DNA from: Bacteroidales bacterium
Lineage (GTDB): Bacteria > Bacteroidota > Bacteroidia > Bacteroidales > GWA2-32-17
Direction of reading: 5' to 3'
Assembly: GCA_026416095.1 (NCBI GenBank)
Contig: JAOAFV010000041.1
Coordinates: forward strand, 696-64,695
DNA length: 64,000 bases
Shown here: one piece after another, positions 38,307 through 45,737 of the stretch
Position numbering within the stretch: position 1 is the stretch's first letter
How the letters are laid out: each line of letters begins with the position of its first letter
Notes under the pieces: generated by a model
The model's input: the letters and a program-made list of their open reading frames with translations, nothing else
Databases searched by the model: none
Told to the model about the DNA's origin: nothing
Position numbers and translations under genes: made by a program

Positions 38307-39125
38307 ATGTCTCAGAAGCAGTTTCATGTAATAAGTACAGGAATTTCATTAATAACTAATGCCCAAAGAAAAGGTATATTTCAAGATATAAAGGTGTTGG
38401 AAGAACAGGCTTGGCAAGAGATTTTAGATAATCCAAGTGAAATTGAAAAGTTGTATAACTTTTTAAAAGAAAATCCATGTCAAAATAGTGCAGAAATCAA
38501 TACTCTTTATAATTTTATAGGAGACTATAATCATGAATTAATTGAGGTATATCTTTTTGGGACAAATACGAGTGTTAATGAATTAAACAGAATAGTGTTA
38601 AAAAAATTTCTTGCTACTGAGGGGTTTATATTATACGAAGAGCCAGTTTTTGAGGCCTTTATGATTTCAAACGATGAAGAGCGATTTATAAAAGATATTC
38701 ATGCACTTGTGAGCCACTTAATAAATATTGCTAAAAAGAAAATAGATGCAGGTTATCAAGTTTATTTTAACCCCACCGGTGGTTTAAAAGCACATGTAAT
38801 AGCTACATCGGTTGTAGCCTTTATATTAAATTGCCCAACTTATTACATGAACGAGGAATTTAGAAAGGTTGTACTTTTGCCTAACCTTATTTATCTTCCT
38901 AATGAAAAAGAAATAGATTTACTTACAAAATTAAGCGATAAAAAACCTATTAGAGGTAAATTATACGAAACTTTGAAGAAAGATTATTGCGACGAAATAA
39001 ACAATCTTATAAATTGTGGGTTACTATTGGATGAAAAAGATGAAAATGGTATTTCTTTTGGCTTGCAAATAACCGAGAGTGGAATTTTTATTCTTTCGCA
39101 AATTAAATTAAAATATAACCTATAA
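38307..39125 (+). CDS. Stand-alone CARF-domain protein (Cas_APE2256-like) with a probable C-terminal winged-helix domain
   Basis: Ordered motifs are FHVISTGISLITN, SAEINTL, VYLFGTNTS, YFNPTGGLKAHVIATSV and TYYMNEEFRKVVLLPNL, as I recall for the APE2256/TIGR02619 CARF family. The C-terminal 70 aa (LYETLKKDYCDEINNLINCGLLL...LQITESGIFIL) looks wHTH-like. ATG 38307 is preferred over TTG 38292. Confidence 0.65.
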   Translation: MSQKQFHVISTGISLITNAQRKGIFQDIKVLEEQAWQEILDNPSEIEKLYNFLKENPCQNSAEINTLYNFIGDYNHELIEVYLFGTNTSVNELNRIVLKKFLATEGFILYEEPVFEAFMISNDEERFIKDIHALVSHLINIAKKKIDAGYQVYFNPTGGLKAHVIATSVVAFILNCPTYYMNEEFRKVVLLPNLIYLPNEKEIDLLTKLSDKKPIRGKLYETLKKDYCDEINNLINCGLLLDEKDENGISFGLQITESGIFILSQIKLKYNL

Positions 39126-39136
39126 GTTGTTAATTT

Positions 39137-39255
39137 TTGATATCTTATATTGATAATTTTGATAATAATTATATTACTTTAAAAATTTTATAAAGATATT
39201 TTGTTGATTATCAGTAATTTATGATTTTTCTAATTTAATGGCATAAGTATTGATA
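39137..39255 (+). promoter_or_regulatory. Cluster of TTGATA/TTGATT hexamers plus a TAATTTTG -7 box in the spacer between the CARF gene and the downstream gene
   Basis: TTGATA occurs at 39137, 39150, 39159 and 39250, and TTGATT at 39204. An exact TAnnTTTG lies at 39154-39161. Confidence 0.35.
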
Positions 39256-39279
39256 AAATAAGGAGCTAAAATTTTTTTT

Positions 39280-40374
39280 ATGAGTTATAATCTTAAGTTT
39301 TCGTCAGATAAAGTTAAAATTCTAAAAATTAAAAACTTTGAAAATCTTGCTGTTGCTTATATTAATTTTGATGGTGATAAATACGAATACAAAAGTAGTA
39401 AAAGTGCTCTGAAAGATGGAACTTTTTTTATAAAAGAATCTAATGTACCAAATGTTAGGTCGCTTATTGGTATTAACAAAAATGAAATTCCAGTTTTTCT
39501 TTTACGTGGCCAACTGCTTAAAGGTGGAATGCAAAATCGAACCATTAATACCACTATATTAGTTAAGGGTAAAAGTACTATAAATATTCCTGTTAATTGC
39601 GTAGAGATGGGCAGATGGTCGATATTTAACGATACAAATTACAGGTCAAGTGATGATGTTAGTTCAACAAATAATAATCAAAAGAATGAGAACAAGATAG
39701 AGATACCAAGAAGGAGAAGATTACTTATAGAGAAGCTTGCGTTAGGTCAATTAGAGGGCCATCAAGGAGGATTGAAAAAAGAATCAAATTATATCTCTGA
39801 AATAGAAAAGAAGATGAATTTTGAAACAAAAGGGGTAATGGAATTAGCTTTTTTATGTAAGATGGATAAAGAGGTTTTTTCCAAAGGATTAGCACAAACT
39901 GATCAGAAAAGAATATGGGATAATGTTGATGAATTTTTACATAGAACTAATACAAGTTCTTCAACAAGCGATTATATAAAAGCACACGAGAAAGCCAAAT
40001 TGAGTGTTAGCGACTATTTAAAATTTTTACCTTATGAACCTGGTTCAAACGGTGCTATCTTTTTTACTTACAATAAAATTCTCGGATGTGATATTATTTC
40101 AAATAAAAGTGTTTTCGAAGAATATTATAATGATTTACTTGAAAGCTATGCTATGTCTTTAATTTATAATAAAGAACGAGGTGAACACAACGAAGAAAAA
40201 TATAAATATCTGTCTTTAAGCTTATTTGATGAGTTAGAGAATTTAACCGTAAAAACATATGAAGGTATAGACATGGGAAAAAATTTTTTCTTTTCGAATG
40301 ATAATAAGACAATATCAGGTTTATTACTAGATGATGACATTATTCAAATTAGTGTCATGTTTTTAGAAAAATAA
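39280..40374 (+). CDS. DUF6569/ARPP-1-like protein of unknown function
   Basis: The N-terminal domain NLAVAY...IPVFLLRGQLLKGGMQNRTINTTILVKGKSTINIPVNCVEMGRWS matches the hallmark I recall for this family (pVLLl.GE.l.GaKQNR.lN.tiLv...iPVsCVE.GRW). Later motifs are TDQKRIWDNV and GSNGAIFFTYNKILGCDII...LLESYAMSLI. Between them is a low-complexity basic insert (NNNQKNENKIEIPRRRR). Confidence 0.55.
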   Translation: MSYNLKFSSDKVKILKIKNFENLAVAYINFDGDKYEYKSSKSALKDGTFFIKESNVPNVRSLIGINKNEIPVFLLRGQLLKGGMQNRTINTTILVKGKSTINIPVNCVEMGRWSIFNDTNYRSSDDVSSTNNNQKNENKIEIPRRRRLLIEKLALGQLEGHQGGLKKESNYISEIEKKMNFETKGVMELAFLCKMDKEVFSKGLAQTDQKRIWDNVDEFLHRTNTSSSTSDYIKAHEKAKLSVSDYLKFLPYEPGSNGAIFFTYNKILGCDIISNKSVFEEYYNDLLESYAMSLIYNKERGEHNEEKYKYLSLSLFDELENLTVKTYEGIDMGKNFFFSNDNKTISGLLLDDDIIQISVMFLEK

Positions 40375-40531
40375 AAAAGTTTAGCTTATTTTTAAATATT
40401 TGATTTTTGAAAATCTAATCTAATAAATTATTGATAAGTAGCATTAAAATTAATAAACCTAACGTGGTAATAAGTATTTATGTTGCTCAGTAGTAAAAAG
40501 GAAGATAATTAAGGTGTGTGTGTAAGTCTTC

Positions 40532-40646
40532 TATGAGACCTTTGCAAAACTACCTTAAAATAATTTTTTACAAGTAAATATAATTGAAAATCAATATTTC
40601 CAAAATACTAAAAGATCTTTACAAAAGGTTTTGCAAGGGTCTCATA
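40532..40646. repeat. 19-bp inverted repeat (18/19) separated by 77 bp, inside a 0.9-kb ORF-free region
   Basis: TATGAGACCTTTGCAAAAC at 40532-40550 pairs with GTTTTGCAAGGGTCTCATA at 40628-40646. A (GT)5 run lies at 40514-40523, immediately upstream. Confidence 0.75.
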
Positions 40647-41271
40647 CTGTAATTTTGTTTTTACCTAATTATACCACCTATTGTAATAAACTGAGATAAT
40701 TTATATTATGCAGGGTGTACCCCCAATTTTAAATTGATCTTTTAATATTTTAATTTTTTATTAACGTTTTGTAATCTTACATTTTGTAAATAATATGCAA
40801 AATAAAAGTTTTCTATTTTAAGCCTTTATTACTTCATAATTAATTTTCCATTTATTTTATGCATCTTTTTCTGTATTTAAAAAAATATTTTTAACAATTT
40901 TGTTACGTAGCTTATATATCTCAACATAGGTCTTGTAGAGTTTTAAAAATCTTTTGCTGGTGAAAGTTGACTTTTTTATGCTTTTGTGTTAAAAATATTC
41001 GTCTAAAAGTGCAACTATAAAAAAAGTGGTGGAAAGGTAAAGTTTTCGTAGCATAATAATGTTGGTTTAGCGATTATTTCGAAAAAATTTTTTGCTTTTT
41101 TATTACACTAATTCTTTTTTTTAGTATTTAGAAATTAAAACAACTTAAAACATTATAAATTTTATAGAAATAATTCTTTATATTATAGAATTTTGGTTTA
41201 AAAAAAACCTATTTTTTTAAAGATGTTGATAATAAAATTAAAAAAAGCATTAAAATATTTTAAAAATAAGA

Positions 41272-41279
41272 TATCTTTG
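41272..41279 (+). promoter_or_regulatory. Putative -7 box TATCTTTG only 7 nt from the start codon
   Basis: It is an exact TAnnTTTG ending 7 nt before ATG 41287. This implies a leaderless or near-leaderless mRNA. Confidence 0.4.
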
Positions 41280-41286
41280 CACAAGA

Positions 41287-42159
41287 ATGAAGATCAGCAA
41301 CTTGAAAGAATATATAAAAGAAGCAATTTTTATAATAATAGGTTCATTAATAGCAAGTGTTGGGCTAAAAGGCTTTTTATTACCAAACAATTTTTTTGAT
41401 GGTGGTATAACAGGCGTTTCACTTTTTTTAAATTATTTAACAAAAGTAAATGTTTCTATTTTTATTATTCTTTTAAATATTCCGTTTGCTATTTTAGCTT
41501 ACAAAATTTATTCTCGTGTTTTTATAATAAAATTAATTTTTTCTATTTCATTATTATCGTTGATAATATATGCTATAAAAATTCCAGTAATAACTCACGA
41601 CAAGTTATTAATTGCAATATTTGGTGGAATTTTTTTAGGAGCGGGTATTGGCTTTACCATAAGAGGAGGTAGTGTTTTAGATGGTTCTGAAATATTAGCT
41701 TTGTATGTTAGCCGAAAATATAATATTTCGGTGGGTACATTTATTGCCGCATTCAATGTTATTTTATTTGGTATAATTGCAATTTTTATTAACATAGAAA
41801 CAGCTATGTATTCAATTTTAACGTATTTTTCTGCTTCTAAAACCGTTGATTTCATTATTTTAGGAGTTGAAGAGTACATTGGGGTTATGATTATCTCCAA
41901 TAAATGGCAGGAAATACGAAGAAATATCATATACAAATTAAAAACAGGAGTAACAATTATAAAATCAGATCCTAATTTTCCAGATTTAAAAATTTATAAC
42001 AATGAAAGAAATATTTTATTTTGTGTTGTTACACGTTTCGAACTTTCTAAATTACTGAACGAAGTACACGAAATAGACTCAAAATCTTTTATAATTCAAT
42101 ATCCTATAAAAGATGTAAGGGGAGGTTTTCTTAAAAGAAGAAGTAGAATAAAAATATAA
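41287..42159 (+). CDS. YitT-family membrane protein (DUF2179 C-terminal domain)
   Basis: The N-terminus is polytopic with GGITGVSLFLNY and GGSVLDGSEILA motifs. The soluble C-terminal domain contains VTIIKSD...FCVVTRFELSKLLNEVHEIDSKSFII. Confidence 0.8.
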   Translation: MKISNLKEYIKEAIFIIIGSLIASVGLKGFLLPNNFFDGGITGVSLFLNYLTKVNVSIFIILLNIPFAILAYKIYSRVFIIKLIFSISLLSLIIYAIKIPVITHDKLLIAIFGGIFLGAGIGFTIRGGSVLDGSEILALYVSRKYNISVGTFIAAFNVILFGIIAIFINIETAMYSILTYFSASKTVDFIILGVEEYIGVMIISNKWQEIRRNIIYKLKTGVTIIKSDPNFPDLKIYNNERNILFCVVTRFELSKLLNEVHEIDSKSFIIQYPIKDVRGGFLKRRSRIKI

Positions 42160-42164
42160 ATTTT

Positions 42165-43304
42165 ATGGAAAAGTTTGTTCTACATAATCCTACTAAGTTA
42201 TATTTTGGGAAAAATAGTATACAAAATTTAGAGAAAGAAGCAAATAATTTAGGAAAAAAGGCATTAATTCTATTCGGAAAAAATTCGGCAAAAAAAAATG
42301 GTGCATATACCGATATTGTTAAATGTTTAAAAAAGTTAGGTGTAGATTTTGTAGAATTTTGGGGTATTAAGCCAAATCCGCGAATAAACGAAGCTTACGA
42401 AGCTATAAATATTGGTATAAAAGAAAAAGTTGATTTTATAATAGCCGTAGGTGGAGGAAGTACTATTGATACAGCAAAGTTTGTTTCGTTATGCATACCA
42501 GAAAAACATGACTTATGGAAAGTTGTTAAGGAGGAAGTCGTTCCACAAAAAGCGTTACCTTTAATTGTTATATTAACCTTATCGGCCACTGGTTCCGAAA
42601 TGAATTGTTTTGCTGTTATACAGAACGACGATACAAAAGAAAAATTAGGTTTTGCCCATCCATTAATTTATCCTAAAATTTCTATTTGCGATCCTACATA
42701 TACCTTAACAGTATCGCCCCAACAAACGGCTTATGGAATTGCTGATATAATTTCGCATTTGCTTGAAGCGTATTTTGGTGAATGTAATTCATATTTGGCC
42801 GATAAGTATGTTTTTGCAACGTTTAAAGAAATAGTTGAAATTGCATTGCCATTATTGAAAAATCCCACAAATTATGAATTGCGCGAAAGAATAATGATAG
42901 CTTCAACTTTTGCATTAAACGGTATTACCTATTTTGGACGTAAAACACCCGATTGGGGAGTACATGAAATAGCTCACAATATTTCTGCTTTGTTCGATAC
43001 CCCTCATGGGGCTTCGCTTTCTATTGTTTATCCTGCATGGCTTAAGTTTTTTAAACAAAAAATTAACGATAGGCTAAGGTTACTTGGTAAAAATGTATTT
43101 AATGTTAATAATTCAGATAAAGTTGTAGAACGTTTAATAAAATTTTTTAAAAGCCTCAATTGCCCTACCTCGTTAAATGATATTAATCTTAAAAAAGTCG
43201 ATTATGAAAACCTTAATAATCTTTTAATAAAAAATAAACCTTCGGGCTATGTTTATAAAATAAAGAAAAACGATTACAAAAAGCTTATTAAATTAATGAC
43301 ATAA
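42165..43304 (+). CDS. Iron-containing (group III) alcohol dehydrogenase
   Basis: It has GGGSTIDTAK, TLSATGSEMN and the metal-ligand His motifs (DIISHLLE, HEIAHNISALFDTPHGASL). Confidence 0.9.
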   Translation: MEKFVLHNPTKLYFGKNSIQNLEKEANNLGKKALILFGKNSAKKNGAYTDIVKCLKKLGVDFVEFWGIKPNPRINEAYEAINIGIKEKVDFIIAVGGGSTIDTAKFVSLCIPEKHDLWKVVKEEVVPQKALPLIVILTLSATGSEMNCFAVIQNDDTKEKLGFAHPLIYPKISICDPTYTLTVSPQQTAYGIADIISHLLEAYFGECNSYLADKYVFATFKEIVEIALPLLKNPTNYELRERIMIASTFALNGITYFGRKTPDWGVHEIAHNISALFDTPHGASLSIVYPAWLKFFKQKINDRLRLLGKNVFNVNNSDKVVERLIKFFKSLNCPTSLNDINLKKVDYENLNNLLIKNKPSGYVYKIKKNDYKKLIKLMT

Positions 43305-43376
43305 CCATTTGTTGTTAAAAACATACAAACTTTGGTTTTTTAGTTATTAAAAAAATATACTATTATTGTGTTGTTG

Positions 43377-44486
43377 ATGTTTTTCATGATCGTTGTACTT
43401 ATCATATGGTTAATAGCATTGTTTATTCAGTTGTTTTATTACCTGTATTTTTATTCTCGCATAGTAAAAAAAGATGATGACAGCAATATAAACAAAAGAA
43501 ATGAGCCAGTATCGGTGATAATATGTGCAAAAAATGAAGCAGAAAATATAAGAAAATTTTTACCAACAGTTTTAAACCAAGATTATGAAAATTTTGAAGT
43601 CGTTGTTGTTAACGATTGTTCCGAAGACGATTCACAAGAAGTACTTGAAAATTTTCGAAAAGATTATCCACATCTTAAAGTAACTCAAATAAAAAAAGAT
43701 GAAAAGTTTACTCATGGTAAAAAGTTAGCTTTGCTTGTTGGAATTAAAGCAGCAAGTAATAATATTCTTGTTTTTACCGATGCCGACTGTATGCCTGTAA
43801 GCAACAAGTGGTTGAGCACAATTATAAATGGCTATAAAAATAACACAGAAATAGTAATTGGTTATGGAGGTTTTTTTAAATATAAAAATTTTCTGAATAA
43901 ATTAATTCGTTACGATGCCTTTTTTATTGCTTTGCAATATCTATCGTTTGCTAAAGCCGGTATACCATACATGGGAACAGGAAGAAATTTATCTTACACA
44001 AAAGATCTTTTTTTTAAAAATAAAGGATTTTCTTCATTTTCTAATACATTATCGGGCGACGATGACTTGTTTGTTAATAAATCTGCTAATAAAAATAATA
44101 CAGTTGTATTATTAGATAAAAATAGTTTTACTTTATCGGTTCCTAAAAACACCTTTAAAGAATGGTTGCTACAAAAGAAAAGGCATCAGTCAACTTTTAA
44201 ATATTATAAATTAAAACACAAAATTCTTATATTACTTGAACCAATTTCAAGAACCTTGTATTACTTATTTTTCCCTTTAATTATGTTTTTTTACAATGAA
44301 TTTTACCTTTTTATTTTGCCTTTGTTTGCTTTAAGACTTCTGGTTGCCAATACTATTATTTATTTTGCTGCAAAAAAATTAAACGAAAATGATTTATTTT
44401 ATTGGTTTAATATTTTTGATTTTATTTTTATTTTTGTACTTCTTTTTCCTAAATTTATTAGAGGAGTAGAATATAAATGGAATTAA
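43377..44486 (+). CDS. Membrane-anchored family 2 glycosyltransferase
   Basis: Motifs VSVIICAKNEAENI...VVVVNDCSEDDS...FTDADC are present, with hydrophobic N- and C-termini. The start could be ATG 43377 or GTG 43368. Confidence 0.8.
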   Translation: MFFMIVVLIIWLIALFIQLFYYLYFYSRIVKKDDDSNINKRNEPVSVIICAKNEAENIRKFLPTVLNQDYENFEVVVVNDCSEDDSQEVLENFRKDYPHLKVTQIKKDEKFTHGKKLALLVGIKAASNNILVFTDADCMPVSNKWLSTIINGYKNNTEIVIGYGGFFKYKNFLNKLIRYDAFFIALQYLSFAKAGIPYMGTGRNLSYTKDLFFKNKGFSSFSNTLSGDDDLFVNKSANKNNTVVLLDKNSFTLSVPKNTFKEWLLQKKRHQSTFKYYKLKHKILILLEPISRTLYYLFFPLIMFFYNEFYLFILPLFALRLLVANTIIYFAAKKLNENDLFYWFNIFDFIFIFVLLFPKFIRGVEYKWN

Positions 44487-45076
44487 ACTCTAACTTAAGT
44501 CAAAGGGCAATTGAAGATTATAAACTTGTTCAAAAGTCTATTCAAGGCGATGAAAATGCTTATGCTGAATTAATGAAACGATACTACGATTCCCTATATT
44601 ATTTGTTACTAAGAATGACTAACAATAAAACCGATGCAGAAGATTTAACAATAGAAGCATTTACAAAAGCTTTTAAAAACATACATTCATATACTCCAAC
44701 TTATGCCTTTAGTACATGGCTATTTAAAATAGCTACTAATAACTGTATAGATTTTTTAAGAAGAAAAAATACAAATGTAACTTCGCTAAACGATTTTCCC
44801 GATTCAGAACGCAGCCCCGAAGATGTAATTTCGTCAGATACCTTAGATCCTGAAGAATTATTAATTAGAGAACAAAAGCAATTAATAATTTCTTATTTCA
44901 TGGAAAAACTCAAGCCACACTATAGAATGTTAATAGAACTCAGATTTTTTAAAGAACTATCGTACGAAGAAATTGCTAAAATTATGAATATTCCTATAGG
45001 TACTGTTAAAAGTCAATTGTTTAGGGCAAAAGAATTTTTATACTATCTTATTTCTAAGTCGAAATATAAAATTTAA
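44477..45076 (+). CDS. ECF-type RNA polymerase sigma-70 factor
   Basis: Region 2 is DAEDLTIEAFTKAF...FSTWLFKIATNNCIDFLRR. Region 4 is LSYEEIAKIMNIPIGTVKSQLFRAK. Confidence 0.85.
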   Translation: MELNSNLSQRAIEDYKLVQKSIQGDENAYAELMKRYYDSLYYLLLRMTNNKTDAEDLTIEAFTKAFKNIHSYTPTYAFSTWLFKIATNNCIDFLRRKNTNVTSLNDFPDSERSPEDVISSDTLDPEELLIREQKQLIISYFMEKLKPHYRMLIELRFFKELSYEEIAKIMNIPIGTVKSQLFRAKEFLYYLISKSKYKI

Positions 45077-45678
45077 TGCATTACATTCTCAAGTACTTCA
45101 ATGATTTAACAGAAGACCAACTTACTAAATTAAAAAACTATGCAGATTTACTTTGTGAGTGGAATACACTAATAAATTTAATATCACGAAAAGATATTAA
45201 AAATATTTTTTTACATCATATATTACATTCTATTTCTTTACTAAAATTTTTTACCTTTAAACCTAACACATCAATCTTAGATGTAGGAACTGGCGGAGGT
45301 TTACCCGGTATACCATTATCAATATTATGCCCTACTAATAACTTCTTACTTATTGATTGTGTAGAAAAAAAAACAAAAGTAGTTCAGGATATAATAAAAA
45401 AAATTAACCTTAACAATGTTAATGTTATACATCAAAATGTTAAGCTTTACAAAGGGAAACATGATTACATAATACAAAGAGCTGTGATGAGTTTCAAAGA
45501 ATTTATACTTTTTACAAAAAAAAATTCGCACAATGAAACTTGCTTCATAGCTTATAAGGGAGGTGATATAACTCAAGAAATTAAAGGTTACGAAAATAAA
45601 TTAGAAATTTTTAATATTCACGATATTATTAAAGAACCGTATTTTAAAGATAAAAAAATTATTGTTTTTAAAAAGTAA
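45076..45678 (+). CDS. rsmG: 16S rRNA (guanine527-N7)-methyltransferase
   Basis: Motifs WNTLINLISRKDI...HHILHS and ILDVGTGGGLPGIPLSI are present. The protein is 200 aa. Confidence 0.85.
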   Translation: MHYILKYFNDLTEDQLTKLKNYADLLCEWNTLINLISRKDIKNIFLHHILHSISLLKFFTFKPNTSILDVGTGGGLPGIPLSILCPTNNFLLIDCVEKKTKVVQDIIKKINLNNVNVIHQNVKLYKGKHDYIIQRAVMSFKEFILFTKKNSHNETCFIAYKGGDITQEIKGYENKLEIFNIHDIIKEPYFKDKKIIVFKK

Positions 45679-45709
45679 AGTGCATAATTATTTTGATATT
45701 AAATTTTAC

Positions 45710-45717
45710 TATTTTTG
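45710..45717 (+). promoter_or_regulatory. Putative -7 box TATTTTTG
   Basis: It is an exact TAnnTTTG 20 nt upstream of ATG 45738. Confidence 0.4.
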
Positions 45718-45737
45718 AAGGGTAAAAAAATAAAAAT

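Noticed and set aside
40532-40646. Invertible-promoter switch or MITE bounded by the 19-bp inverted repeat
   Set aside because: The window contains no recombinase or transposase. The enclosed segment is only 77 bp and has no clear internal -7 box. No target-site duplication flanks the arms. It is kept as a repeat of unknown role.
41223-41380. Small plus-strand ORF starting at ATG 41223 (MLIIKLKKALKYF...)
   Set aside because: It runs out of frame across the well-supported yitT-like start and across that gene's own -7 box. It is K/N-rich and likely spurious.
43915-44115. Plus-strand 66-aa ORF inside the membrane GT2 gene
   Set aside because: It is an alternative frame of a gene with clear GT2 motifs, so it is spurious.
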